The notes below the pieces were generated by a model that did no database searches, was not told the origin of the DNA, and worked only from the letters and a program-made list of their open reading frames with translations. A stretch of DNA of 31,594 nt, taken from a virus. The DNA lies in UHGV virus genome UHGV-0304743; one strand, written 5' to 3'. The position numbers and the translations under genes were made by a program. Below are positions 1 through 9,130 of the stretch, piece after piece. How positions within the stretch are numbered: position 1 is the first letter of the stretch; each line of letters begins with the position of its first letter.

Positions 1-21
1 TTTTTAGATAGGCTAAATTAC

Positions 22-83
22 ACATCAACGGGGAGGGAATGACCTTCCCCACTAAATAAAGTCCTAAACTGGAGATTCTGAAA
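22..83 (+). promoter_or_regulatory. Conserved early-gene leader cassette: hairpin (GGGGAGGG...CCTTCCCC) followed by ACTAAATAAAGTCCTAAACTGGAGATTC and the start codon
   Basis: Near-identical ~60-nt sequence recurs before five early ORFs (22, 1573, 2135, 2733, 3063); contains a GGAG RBS ~10 nt before the ATG. Confidence 0.6.
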
Positions 84-287
84 ATGGCTATTATTAACGG
101 TTTAACTATTGAAACAACTCACATCAAAGATATTAAAGTCGGTGATACAGTTCTTTTTCACGGAGTAGAAAAAACCGTCACGGCGAAAGATATTACAGAG
201 GACTCCTTCATGGGCCGGTCGCTCTTCGGTGATTCCTATTGCTTAGGTTACCGTGCAGTTTTAAAAGTTGTAAAAAATAACAAATAA
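84..287 (+). CDS. hypothetical small early protein
   Basis: ORF track; preceded by conserved leader cassette with GGAG RBS. Confidence 0.6.
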   Translation: MAIINGLTIETTHIKDIKVGDTVLFHGVEKTVTAKDITEDSFMGRSLFGDSYCLGYRAVLKVVKNNK

Positions 288-288
288 A

Positions 289-374
289 GTACTTTACAAG
301 GGGCTTAAAAGTTGATATCTTAAGCCCCAGATAAAGAGCTTTACCACTCAATCCTTAAACTAGGAGATTCAAAA
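289..374 (+). promoter_or_regulatory. Leader cassette variant: hairpin GGGGCTTA...TAAGCCCC followed by AGATAAAGAGCTTTACCACTCAATCCTTAAACTAGGAGATTCAAAA
   Basis: Almost identical copy at 624-710; hairpin has 9-bp stem; AGGAG RBS before ATG. Confidence 0.6.
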
Positions 375-623
375 ATGATGAACTATTTCAATATCCCTGA
401 TACCTGCCGACTGTTGACACAAGAAGAAAATTTGGGTAAACCTTTTCTTTACCACATGCCAGATAGCACACCAAAAACTTATAGTTACAATGTTAACCGT
501 TTTACCGCATACGCTGCAAAGAACGGTTATAAGTTGGTTACTCAAAAAGTAATGCTGGTTACAAGCGCTGACGAGATTCCTACGGTTGCAGTTAAACTAA
601 TTTTCTCAAAGAAAGTTAAATAA
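375..623 (+). CDS. hypothetical small early protein
   Basis: ORF track; preceded by cassette and RBS. Confidence 0.6.
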   Translation: MMNYFNIPDTCRLLTQEENLGKPFLYHMPDSTPKTYSYNVNRFTAYAAKNGYKLVTQKVMLVTSADEIPTVAVKLIFSKKVK

Positions 624-710
624 AGTACTTTACAGGGGGCTTATAGTTCGATAAAGTAAGCCCCAGATAAAGAGCTTTACCACTCAATCCTTAAACTAGG
701 AGATTCAAAA
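624..710 (+). promoter_or_regulatory. Leader cassette (second copy of the 289-374 variant)
   Basis: Direct repeat of 289-374 with a few substitutions. Confidence 0.6.
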
Positions 711-1253
711 ATGAAATGTTTTCACGGTACTACTCAAGAAAATTTCCTCAACCTTATTAATAACGGTGATAAACCATCAGGCGCATGGAATTGTTCTGAT
801 ATGGATGGGAATTTTTACGTTTACCCAGAGAATAAAATCTATGGCGACGATGAGGAAGAAATAATCTTTGAAGGTATCCAGCAAGCTCTGGGCAATGCCA
901 CTATCACCGCAGCTTTTCAGATGAAAACTCAAAACATTGTTATCTTGGAACTTGAGATTCCAGAAGATGAGCTAAACGATGATTATTCTTGTGATAATAT
1001 GTCGAGCGTGGCAAGTTTTACAGAATATTTCGATTTAAATTGGATTAAAAAGGTTTACATCACTGAATTTAATGCTATGTATTCGCCTTTTTGTCTTCCT
1101 TCACTGGATAACCCAAATATGAATTATCTTGATGAGACATTAGAACTACTTGCTAAAAGTGTTCAACAATCGGACAGTATTCAGGTTTTTTGTGACATCA
1201 TGGACACACTAACGGAAAACATCGCAGAAGAGGATTTAAAGAGTTTTTTCTAA
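711..1253 (+). CDS. hypothetical protein (acidic, 180 aa)
   Basis: ORF track; AGGAG RBS in upstream cassette. Confidence 0.6.
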   Translation: MKCFHGTTQENFLNLINNGDKPSGAWNCSDMDGNFYVYPENKIYGDDEEEIIFEGIQQALGNATITAAFQMKTQNIVILELEIPEDELNDDYSCDNMSSVASFTEYFDLNWIKKVYITEFNAMYSPFCLPSLDNPNMNYLDETLELLAKSVQQSDSIQVFCDIMDTLTENIAEEDLKSFF

Positions 1254-1285
1254 AAACCTATGCAATCACCTTATAAACACTATTC

Positions 1286-1305
1286 AGCCCCTGTAAGGGG
1301 CTTTT
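1286..1305 (+). terminator. Intrinsic terminator-like hairpin AGCCCC-tgtaa-GGGGCT followed by TTTT
   Basis: 6-bp GC-rich stem plus T-run directly after the stop of the 711-1253 ORF. Confidence 0.5.
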
Positions 1306-1319
1306 AAGAGGCTTAAATC

Positions 1320-1553
1320 ATGCTTACAACCGTTTACCTTATCCTTTCTATTTGTAATGGTCATTCATGTGATTTTAAAGAGCTTGAGGAGTTTACAGGG
1401 AGTAAAGAAAATACTATTCAAGTTTGCCAGATAGCGAGACAAGACTATCCCGCAAGTGATGATATTCAGTGTTACTTTAAGACAGAAGATGAAGACGGTA
1501 TCTATTTTGACAGTGTAGATGGTCAGTATGAAATTATCATTGAAAAAGACTAG
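1320..1553 (+). CDS. hypothetical small protein
   Basis: ORF track; AAGAGG RBS upstream of ATG. Confidence 0.55.
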   Translation: MLTTVYLILSICNGHSCDFKELEEFTGSKENTIQVCQIARQDYPASDDIQCYFKTEDEDGIYFDSVDGQYEIIIEKD

Positions 1554-1572
1554 ACAAGCCTGATAAAAATCT

Positions 1573-1642
1573 GTAAATTGTCAATCAACGGGGAGGGGAT
1601 GACCTTCCCCACTAAATAAAATCCTAAACTGGAGATTCAAAA
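1573..1642 (+). promoter_or_regulatory. Leader cassette (TCAATCAACGGGGAGGGGATGACCTTCCCCACTAAATAAAATCCTAAACTGGAGATTC)
   Basis: Repeat family member, see 22-83. Confidence 0.6.
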
Positions 1643-1984
1643 ATGGCTTATGTAACCGTAATTACCGATAAAGCTGGCGCATCTTGGTCAACTCAAGTAA
1701 GCGATAAGATGTCACCTATGCAGTGCCTAAAATACTTTGAGCAATGGAACAAAGGCGAGGATGTCAGCCCCTTTCAAGTAATGCAGATTATCCATACAGA
1801 TAACGAAGGGAAGAAAACTGTTTTGAATAGTGAGTACTACGCAACCAGATTTGAAACGAGATGTAAAGCAATGAAGCTCTTGCGTGAGTCTGGTTATTCT
1901 CATATTGCGGCAATAATCTGGGATGACTTGCTAAAAAGTCAGCGTATCAGCTATGTAAAACCTGAAAAAATATTCATCAGTTAA
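1643..1984 (+). CDS. hypothetical protein
   Basis: ORF track; cassette and RBS upstream. Confidence 0.6.
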   Translation: MAYVTVITDKAGASWSTQVSDKMSPMQCLKYFEQWNKGEDVSPFQVMQIIHTDNEGKKTVLNSEYYATRFETRCKAMKLLRESGYSHIAAIIWDDLLKSQRISYVKPEKIFIS

Positions 1985-2016
1985 TCAATAACTTACAAAA
2001 AACTTTTAAAAAAGTG

Positions 2017-2045
2017 TTGACAATACCCCTTGACATTGGTAACTT
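2017..2045 (+). promoter_or_regulatory. sigma70-like promoter candidate (TTGACA-17-TAACTT); a second TTGACA lies 13 nt downstream
   Basis: Two TTGACA hexamers at 2017 and 2030; -10-like hexamer at appropriate spacing from the first. Confidence 0.35.
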
Positions 2046-2134
2046 TGTTCGAGGGGGTTTATCTAAAAGGGATTCACTTAAAAGATTCTTTATAGATAAG
2101 CTCAAAAAATTACTTGCAATCAACTATCAAAACA

Positions 2135-2205
2135 AGTAAATTACTAATCAACGGGAAGGCAATAACCTCCCCACTAAATAAAGTCCTTAAACTAGGAGAT
2201 TCAAA
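2135..2205 (+). promoter_or_regulatory. Leader cassette (degenerate copy: AATCAACGGGAAGGCAATAACCTCCCCACTAAATAAAGTCCTTAAACTAGGAGATTC)
   Basis: Repeat family member. Confidence 0.55.
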
Positions 2206-2736
2206 ATGAACAAGTTCAAAGCTATCAACTTCATTCGTTCAAATGCTGTAATGTCAAAGCCTGTTAAAGATACCTATGAATTTCGTTGCAATGGTGTACA
2301 CTTTGCAACCATCACTAAATCAGAAAACGGGGCTTATTACGTCCATCGTCGTAATGTTTCTACTGTTGTAGTTTCTCATTTTATGCAAGCTGTCGCGGAA
2401 CTTCTCCCGATGTTTTTAGGTCTTTACTTAGATGAGTGTAAAAACGTTCACAACCACGTTAAAAACCTTTTAAACGGTTATAAAATGGCTTATGAACGTT
2501 CTATCAAGTCACTAAACAAGTTCTATAAAGCCCCTGTAAATACCGTTTCAATGGCCTACGGCGTAAGTGGCTGGACTGTTAACCTTTCTCTAGTGGAAGA
2601 AATCGAGCTTTATGATTTACGCCCTAGTGGTGACTCTAAGACACTGGGAGAAGGTTTAACGTTCAATATCAAGAACTTAGAGAAAACTTTAAAAGATATT
2701 GAAAAAGATATTGACGAGACAACCAAAAGTCTGTAA
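2206..2736 (+). CDS. hypothetical protein
   Basis: ORF track; cassette and RBS upstream. Confidence 0.6.
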   Translation: MNKFKAINFIRSNAVMSKPVKDTYEFRCNGVHFATITKSENGAYYVHRRNVSTVVVSHFMQAVAELLPMFLGLYLDECKNVHNHVKNLLNGYKMAYERSIKSLNKFYKAPVNTVSMAYGVSGWTVNLSLVEEIELYDLRPSGDSKTLGEGLTFNIKNLEKTLKDIEKDIDETTKSL

Positions 2737-2802
2737 ATTGTCAATCAACGGGGAGGGAATGACCTTCCCCACTAAATAAAGTCCTAAACTGGAGTTATCA
2801 AG
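2733..2802 (+). promoter_or_regulatory. Leader cassette
   Basis: Repeat family member; identical hairpin core to 22-83. Confidence 0.6.
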
Positions 2803-3066
2803 ATGGAAAACGTAGAATTAACCACACTTTTACAAATTGCTACCGACAAAGAAGACGTAGCATTATTTCACCGTATCGAAAGCGATTTATTCAATGGTGA
2901 AATCATTAAAGAATCTTACGAAGTTGTCGGATTCAAAGACGGTAAAGCGTTCGGATTCTTTGACCTCGACAAAGGCAAAGCGGTTACAAAATATGATGTT
3001 TTATCTTGTGAGATTCTGACAAAATACAATGAAAAAAGGCTTGCAACATACGCCAATATGCAGTAA
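2803..3066 (+). CDS. hypothetical small protein
   Basis: ORF track. Confidence 0.55.
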   Translation: MENVELTTLLQIATDKEDVALFHRIESDLFNGEIIKESYEVVGFKDGKAFGFFDLDKGKAVTKYDVLSCEILTKYNEKRLATYANMQ

Positions 3067-3132
3067 ATTACTAATCAACGGGGAGGGATAACCTCCCTAC
3101 TAAGTAAAGTCCTTAAACTAGGAGATTCAAAA
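3063..3132 (+). promoter_or_regulatory. Leader cassette
   Basis: Repeat family member. Confidence 0.55.
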
Positions 3133-3381
3133 ATGGCAACTATCCGCGCAACTGTCAATGCTTATGGCTGTTATACTCTGGATGTTAAATTCGATATTGG
3201 TGGGACTGACGAGTGTTTTTCATTAGTGAAGACAGTTATCAAGCAAGTTATCCCAGATTATAACCCTACTGATGACTTCTGGAAAGACGCCGTAAAAGAG
3301 GCATTAAACGACGAGCACCACTATCATTACTGGGGTGACTTGATTATCTCACTGTACTACAATAAACAAGGTTACAACTAA
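3133..3381 (+). CDS. hypothetical small protein
   Basis: ORF track; cassette and RBS upstream. Confidence 0.6.
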   Translation: MATIRATVNAYGCYTLDVKFDIGGTDECFSLVKTVIKQVIPDYNPTDDFWKDAVKEALNDEHHYHYWGDLIISLYYNKQGYN

Positions 3382-3419
3382 TCGACGCAGCGGGGCTAAA
3401 TAGCCCCAGATACCTGAAC

Positions 3420-3444
3420 AGCCCCTTTAAATAGGGGCTTTTTT
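3420..3444 (+). terminator. Intrinsic terminator AGCCCCT-ttaaat-AGGGGCT followed by TTTTTT; a second GGGGCT/AGCCCC hairpin lies at 3392-3407
   Basis: 7-bp GC-rich stem plus T-run at the end of the rightward early cluster. Confidence 0.7.
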
Positions 3445-3840
3445 ACGTCTATCCAATCCTTATACAATCCCTTTCCCTTTCCTTTCCAGAATCTTATCAG
3501 ACCTTAAAAGCAATAACTCTATAGTCTACTCTATAACCTCTTATCAAATCAACTTAAATATAAGCCAATAACCCCAGAAAGGGGATGGCCCACTTAAACG
3601 CTCTATAAAGCGCTATAACAGCCTTATCAACCTAACTTAAGGGATTGCATTAACTCACCCTTAAAAGCTCTTTACAGGGCTTTATAGAGGCTTAAAAGAA
3701 TCTTATAAGGGTATGAGCTTTATTATCTCGTTAGTATCTTGTGAATAGTTAAACAACCCCTTGATAGTCACTAAAAAGTATGTTATAGGGGCTTTAAAGT
3801 TACTTTGAAGTAGCTTAAAAGTTACGTAAATGCTAGCCCC

Positions 3841-4421
3841 CTTAACATTTTCTTAACAATTTCTTAACAATCCCTACATAGTTATGCTTTTAAGACACTT
3901 GTTAGCAACTTGTTAGCCCCTTGTTAAATCTCTGTTAATACCACGTAAAAGCCTTGTAAGAGTCTTTGACATAGCCTTAAAAGCTCCTGTGAAGCCCTAT
4001 AAAGAGTTATCTGTACAGTTGGGGTGTAACTACTAGGAAGAGACTTAAAAGAGCTTATAAAGAGCTATAGAGAGCTTTTAAGAGGTATGTTTAAGGAATC
4101 ACTAAGAAAGGAAAGGGAACGATAAGAAAAGAGTAGTGACCATGTTAATAGCTTGTTAAAAAGATTAAACACTTGTTAGAAACTTGTTAATTATCTTAAC
4201 AAAATAACTCTTTAAAATTAACTTGTTAGCTCTTGTTAGTCATCTGTTAAGAGACTGTAAAGCCTATGTATCAACTGTTAAGAAACTGTTAAGCCCTTGT
4301 TAGTTCTGTTAAGAATCTGTTAAGACCTCTGAAGAGATGTTAAGAAGATGTAAGAGTTGTTAAGAGATTGTTAAGGATATTTTAAAATTTTGCAAAGTAC
4401 TTGTAAGGGAGTTGTTAAGGG
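3841..4421. repeat. Iteron array: ~20 copies of (C/T)TGTTA(A/G) in direct orientation plus ~4 inverted copies (CTTAACA), spaced 8-12 nt
   Basis: Counted by eye, e.g. 3896-3945, 4141-4200, 4221-4250, 4271-4380; no ORF of significant length in the region. Confidence 0.6.
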
Positions 4422-5002
4422 CTACCAAGCAGATATACATCTTCTACAGATATTTTTCAGTTCCTTCAAAGACCCTAAAAAATGACTTGATAGTCCTATT
4501 TTATAAAAATTTTAAAAATCTGAATAATTACCTATACAGTCTTTCTAAAATACAGGTAGAAACAGGCTTATAAGATACCTTGTTAGTACCGTGTTAGACC
4601 TTGTGAGATAAGGTCTGTAAAGATATTCCTGTTAAGTTTGTTAAAACAGTCTATATAGAGGCTTAGTAGTACCTAGTGAACACCTATAGAGAGTCACATA
4701 GCTGACATAGAGATTAAGAGGTGTATAGGAGCTTCTAAGAGGGTGTAGAGGGATGGTTAAGGTGATTGTATAGGCTGTTTAGAAGGCTTGTTAGAGGGCT
4801 AGTTAGAAGGGTTATACAGAGGGCTATTAAGACCACTAGATAGATACTAAGATACTATATAGTACTATATAACTATATATAGAGAGTAAGATTAAGAAGG
4901 TTGTTAAGAAGGATAGATGTTTTGTTCACATATGATGGTGACCCAGAGGTTGGGACAACCGATAAAATTTTATAAAAAATATAAATTTCGTAAATTTTAC
5001 TC

Positions 5003-5029
5003 AATAAAAAGCCCCCAATTAAGGAGGCT
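5003..5029 (-). terminator. Intrinsic terminator for the leftward operon (minus-strand hairpin AGCCTCC-ttaatt-GGGGGCT then TTTTTATT)
   Basis: 7-bp stem with one G.U pair, T-run on minus strand, immediately downstream of the minus-strand gene ending at 5042. Confidence 0.55.
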
Positions 5030-5041
5030 CTTAAGATATTT

Positions 5042-5635
5042 TTAAATCAGTGTTTCCAGAACTGTCTTCAGTGATGACTTGGTTGTCTGATAAAAATGAG
5101 TAAATCCATTGTTGTTATCGAATATCTGCATCATGATATCATCTCCCTTGATTGGGTACACTCGGATATCATAGTGAAACCCATTAAAGACAGCAGAACC
5201 ATTGCAGAATACACTAAAATCATCCACTGAGATATACTCTTCATGTCCTGTGATTTTTATACAGATGCCTTTGCTCGGTCTCTTAGGGTTGATATCTTCC
5301 ATCACAGACATATTCTGCCCACCAAGAGATACCATAGTGACCACTTTACGGTTCTTCTGTCTAAAGTACATTTTAACTTTCTGCAAAGTGTCTTCATAGA
5401 ACGGATAAGACCTTTCTACAAAGATTCCTTCAAGTGGCTCTTTACCATTTTCAACTTCTCTGTTATGCCGTACTGCAAAGATAATTTGTTCGAACCAGTC
5501 AAGATTTTCTTCGGAGAGTGCTTCCCGAATATCACTCCAATCAAGAACTAGATAGTTACCTTCAACTTCTTTTAAGTTATCTTTTTCCATATCTATCACA
5601 CCATTATCGTAAAACTTGGTAAGCTGGAACTGCAA
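5042..5635 (-). CDS. hypothetical protein
   Basis: ORF track; last gene of tightly packed leftward operon; start may be the internal Met. Confidence 0.55.
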   Translation of the reverse strand: MQFQLTKFYDNGVIDMEKDNLKEVEGNYLVLDWSDIREALSEENLDWFEQIIFAVRHNREVENGKEPLEGIFVERSYPFYEDTLQKVKMYFRQKNRKVVTMVSLGGQNMSVMEDINPKRPSKGICIKITGHEEYISVDDFSVFCNGSAVFNGFHYDIRVYPIKGDDIMMQIFDNNNGFTHFYQTTKSSLKTVLETLI

Positions 5636-6068
5636 ACTTGTTGCCGTTGTTCTTAATGAGGTCTTCTTCTGTTACTAAGAATGTAATCCCACACAAGTGT
5701 GTGTATTGGCTATCATACTCAAATATTTTAAGTAAGTATTTACCATCGTGATAAACAGATTCTACTACACCTTTTGCAACAATCTTTCCAGTCTTGAAAT
5801 CTTTAAGAGGGTATACATTACCAACTTTAGGGACTGTTTTCATCTCAGGTTCTTTTAGTTTCTCACTAACTTCTACATCACCTAGTAAGTGAGAACTCTC
5901 AAACGCTACATATTGCATATAAGCTTCTGAGCATTCCCAGATAAAACAATGTACAAGAATCTTAGCAGCATGTCTTGAGCAATTCAACTTATCACAAATT
6001 TCTTTGTACATTTCATCTTTAGTTGAGTTGTCAAGCATTGCTTTTCGAACTGTTTCTTTAATTTTCAT
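5604..6068 (-). CDS. hypothetical protein
   Basis: ORF track; overlaps neighbours by a few codons. Confidence 0.55.
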   Translation of the reverse strand: MKIKETVRKAMLDNSTKDEMYKEICDKLNCSRHAAKILVHCFIWECSEAYMQYVAFESSHLLGDVEVSEKLKEPEMKTVPKVGNVYPLKDFKTGKIVAKGVVESVYHDGKYLLKIFEYDSQYTHLCGITFLVTEEDLIKNNGNKFAVPAYQVLR

Positions 6069-6486
6069 AAGCTCTCCGAATAACTCTATTAAGCATCTCT
6101 AAAGTCAGCTTTCCAGATTCTAAATGTGGCATAACAAGCTTTAAAGCTTTTTCAACATCATGCACAACATCTATTATACCTTCTGCATAGGCTTCTACAA
6201 GGATATCTTTTACATTTTGTGATTTACCTTTTTGTGGTATCACTAGACGCATATCAAACTCATTTGCTTGAGGATGATTCTTACCACGCCAGAAACCGTC
6301 CTTATCAAAGCTTATAAAGTTATCCTCATTAAAATTAATACCACAAACAACAAACTTATCTAGCACTATGCAGTTGAGAGGGTAATCATCACTTGCATCA
6401 TTCATTCCAAGAAACTTAACAGTAGCTATATACCTCTGTGTCTTTGCATCTACAATGTCAAGTTCTTTACCTATGTACTCTTTCAT
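6058..6486 (-). CDS. hypothetical protein
   Basis: ORF track. Confidence 0.55.
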   Translation of the reverse strand: MKEYIGKELDIVDAKTQRYIATVKFLGMNDASDDYPLNCIVLDKFVVCGINFNEDNFISFDKDGFWRGKNHPQANEFDMRLVIPQKGKSQNVKDILVEAYAEGIIDVVHDVEKALKLVMPHLESGKLTLEMLNRVIRRAYEN

Positions 6487-6489
6487 CTC

Positions 6490-6762
6490 TTAAATCCTAT
6501 CAATTTGAAACTCTTCAGGTAACTCAGCCACCACTTTTAAATAGTAAGCATCAGAGATTGTATGCTTTGTCTCATAGCTACCATTCTTAATCCAGTTATA
6601 ATTTTCTGGTATTCCATCATCATTACAAAAACCTGAGTACATAATTGCTCTGTGGATTATATTTTTATTAGAGTATGCAACATCTACAATATAGTATGTT
6701 TTTTCTTTCCAACCACCTTCAGGTTTACAAATACCTGAGATACCCTCTAATTCTGGTGTCAT
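6490..6762 (-). CDS. hypothetical protein
   Basis: ORF track. Confidence 0.5.
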   Translation of the reverse strand: MTPELEGISGICKPEGGWKEKTYYIVDVAYSNKNIIHRAIMYSGFCNDDGIPENYNWIKNGSYETKHTISDAYYLKVVAELPEEFQIDRI

Positions 6763-6815
6763 TTCACTACCTTCTAAGTTTCTACAAAGGGGCTATCAAG
6801 TAACCCCTTAATCTA

Positions 6816-7040
6816 TTACTCAGACTTTTCAGTCTTCTTATCGGATTTCTTACTGGTCTTCTTCTCAGCTTTCTGTTCAGGTTCCTTCTCAGAAGTTGCC
6901 TTGATAAACATATCAAGAAGCTCTGATAAGTCACTTTTCAGCAAAGTAACAGGCTGCTCATTGTAGAAGTTTTTGTCAAGATAAACTTTGAACTCTTCTA
7001 TAGAAGGAAATCCAAAAATTGGTACAGGTGTCTTAATCAT
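6816..7040 (-). CDS. hypothetical protein with lysine-rich C-terminal tail
   Basis: ORF track. Confidence 0.45.
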   Translation of the reverse strand: MIKTPVPIFGFPSIEEFKVYLDKNFYNEQPVTLLKSDLSELLDMFIKATSEKEPEQKAEKKTSKKSDKKTEKSE

Positions 7041-7116
7041 TACTTAGTCTCTCCATAGGCATCTTTCAAGATTGCCTTGTTAATCATTTCAGCGATTGCA
7101 AAACGAACACATACAG

Positions 7117-7650
7117 CTATAATTGTAGGTTGCATTCTTTACTTACCTCTTCAAGTTTAATCTCCGAGTCCTTAAGTCGTTTCTTATGAACTCTGAATCT
7201 CATTAGTGAGATGATGATACCAACTAAAGGAACAGCATACAAGTACCAAACATCATATACCTTTGCAGTAATCTGTGTAATAGTCAAGTCTTGAGCTATG
7301 TAGCTGATTGCTGATACGGCTAGTAATGTTGCTAAGAAGAAAACCAGTATCATAACAATATTCAGACAACCTCTGGCATGGTATTCATGCTTAATGCACT
7401 TATTCTTTTCGTCAACAACCCTGTTGTAGTCATTTGTAAAGTCTCTGTAGAAAGCTTTCAAGTATTCTTGAGTGTAGCCTTCAAAGCAACCTGTACCGTA
7501 CCAATAATCACCACCAAAGTGTGCTATGATACCGGTATCCCCATTCGGTTTGGTTACTCTCAAAGAGGTGTGATGACGAGTATCTTGATAGTCTATTTTG
7601 TATCTTTCTTCATAAATCATTTTCCAATCCCTCTCAGTCGTTTGTTCCAC
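7117..7650 (-). CDS. hypothetical membrane protein (two predicted TM helices in C-terminal half)
   Basis: ORF track; hydrophobic stretches LNIVMILVFFLATLLAVSAISYI and VWYLYAVPLVGIIISL. Confidence 0.55.
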   Translation of the reverse strand: MEQTTERDWKMIYEERYKIDYQDTRHHTSLRVTKPNGDTGIIAHFGGDYWYGTGCFEGYTQEYLKAFYRDFTNDYNRVVDEKNKCIKHEYHARGCLNIVMILVFFLATLLAVSAISYIAQDLTITQITAKVYDVWYLYAVPLVGIIISLMRFRVHKKRLKDSEIKLEEVSKECNLQL

Positions 7651-7835
7651 TCAATGTCAACAAGTCTTTGCAGGACTTTCCCTCTAGGTGTTACACCTTT
7701 TAAATCTGCATCGTAGCAACGGTAAAAGTCACCTTCAGCGTGTTTACTATAGCATTTTCTGATATTCTGACTTCTACGATATTGCTCTAATAGGGACAGC
7801 TTGTAGTAATCTTCAACTGTAGTTAGTTTTTTCAT
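7617..7835 (-). CDS. hypothetical small basic protein
   Basis: ORF track. Confidence 0.45.
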   Translation of the reverse strand: MKKLTTVEDYYKLSLLEQYRRSQNIRKCYSKHAEGDFYRCYDADLKGVTPRGKVLQRLVDIEWNKRLRGIGK

Positions 7836-7918
7836 TCTTTCACCACGTATCTTCTCAAGAAACTAAAAAGGGAACTACCTCTCGATAGCTCCCATCATAG
7901 TTAATGTTGTATATTTGG

Positions 7919-8500
7919 TCAAGAGTATTTTTTAGGCAGTAATGCACTGCGCTTGTTCCTCTCTTCACTCAATAGTGCGATAAATTCGTCGCCTTTACCT
8001 TTCCACGGGCTGAATGAAGGGATATGCTCACGAATAGCCTCAATAACCGTCTTAAGTGCTGTATTTTTCATCCACCAATCAGAATCTGCTGATGCCACTA
8101 CGTAGTATCCACCTTCATCAGTCAGAATTGGCTCTGAGATACATGGAGAAATCAAAGTTGTGACGATTGAACCATTGTTCATGTAGTATGTACGCTTAAT
8201 AACCTTTTCAAGAAGCTTGTGAAGGTCACCGAACAGTGTTACAAGTTCTTTGTGGTCAATGTCTTTTTCGAGGCTTGCTCGATACTTCAATAGTGCAGCA
8301 TCAACCTCTCTGTCATTGAATTTGAAGTACTGGACTTCATCAACAAGGCAAACACTGATATTGTTGACATTCATAGTCAACTTACAGACTTTTGCAGGAG
8401 AATTGATACTTGGTTGAAAAAGTGCAACACAACCTTCAATGTTCCCAAAATGTTGTACTAGTGTTACTTGTGGGGTAATATTCTGTTGCTCTTCGGACAT
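7919..8500 (-). CDS. hypothetical protein
   Basis: ORF track. Confidence 0.55.
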   Translation of the reverse strand: MSEEQQNITPQVTLVQHFGNIEGCVALFQPSINSPAKVCKLTMNVNNISVCLVDEVQYFKFNDREVDAALLKYRASLEKDIDHKELVTLFGDLHKLLEKVIKRTYYMNNGSIVTTLISPCISEPILTDEGGYYVVASADSDWWMKNTALKTVIEAIREHIPSFSPWKGKGDEFIALLSEERNKRSALLPKKYS

Positions 8501-8844
8501 TATAGTTTCCTCATTAAATACTTTTTAAGTTGTGTGTTAGGTTTCTCAAAAACTTCTATAGAAGATATCTTGACAGATTCACCACGCATACCTGTGTGTT
8601 TGAATATATAGTACTCTAACATCCCTATATACTTTGCTGGTAAGTCATGTTTGACATACACCGTTACAGAATCTTCAAATTCAACAACCTTTGTACCATC
8701 TTTGTAGTTAAACTCTTTAGGATGGTTGTAGTTGTCGATGTCGTACATTAAAAAGAGTCTTTTCCGTTGCATATCAAGCTTATTTGTTAAAGACTCTTTG
8801 ATATCTGAGAAGTTTTTGTACACTGTGACATGGAGCTTACTCAT
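8500..8844 (-). CDS. hypothetical protein
   Basis: ORF track; stop/start overlap with neighbours. Confidence 0.55.
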   Translation of the reverse strand: MSKLHVTVYKNFSDIKESLTNKLDMQRKRLFLMYDIDNYNHPKEFNYKDGTKVVEFEDSVTVYVKHDLPAKYIGMLEYYIFKHTGMRGESVKISSIEVFEKPNTQLKKYLMRKL

Positions 8845-9130
8845 CGTTAAACTCTCTGACGAAGAAATAGTTGACTTTGTTATTACCTACCATAAGGTCA
8901 AAGCAGGTATTCTCAAAAGGTTTGTTGTAGGCATCATATGAAACATATGGGTCAGCTACTTGCTTAGTAGTGAGCTTTTTACTTGATGGATTTAAGAGGC
9001 CACCATACAGTTTCTTGATAGCCTCTTCTACAACAGACCAGATGATTTCGTCAGTAATTTCTTCGTACAGGTCAAGTTCACGCTCTAGTGAGAAGTCACA
9101 AATAGGGAAAATAACCTGTACTTTACTCAT
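8837..9130 (-). CDS. hypothetical protein
   Basis: ORF track. Confidence 0.5.
   Translation of the reverse strand: MSKVQVIFPICDFSLERELDLYEEITDEIIWSVVEEAIKKLYGGLLNPSSKKLTTKQVADPYVSYDAYNKPFENTCFDLMVGNNKVNYFFVREFNDE

Noticed and set aside
3841-4421. Iteron array as a possible CRISPR array
   Set aside because: Repeat unit is only ~7 nt with irregular 3-6 nt spacers and both orientations; nothing like the 25-40 nt repeats with unique ~30 nt spacers of CRISPR
5202-5551. Plus-strand ORFs 5202-5399 and 5243-5551 inside the leftward operon
   Set aside because: Antisense to the 5042-5635 gene, no RBS, low-complexity composition
5042-5635. Metallophosphatase assignment for the 197-aa product (a GHEE tripeptide resembles the GNHE motif)
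   Set aside because: The other calcineurin-like motifs (GDxHG, GDxxDR) are not present in the expected order; left as hypothetical
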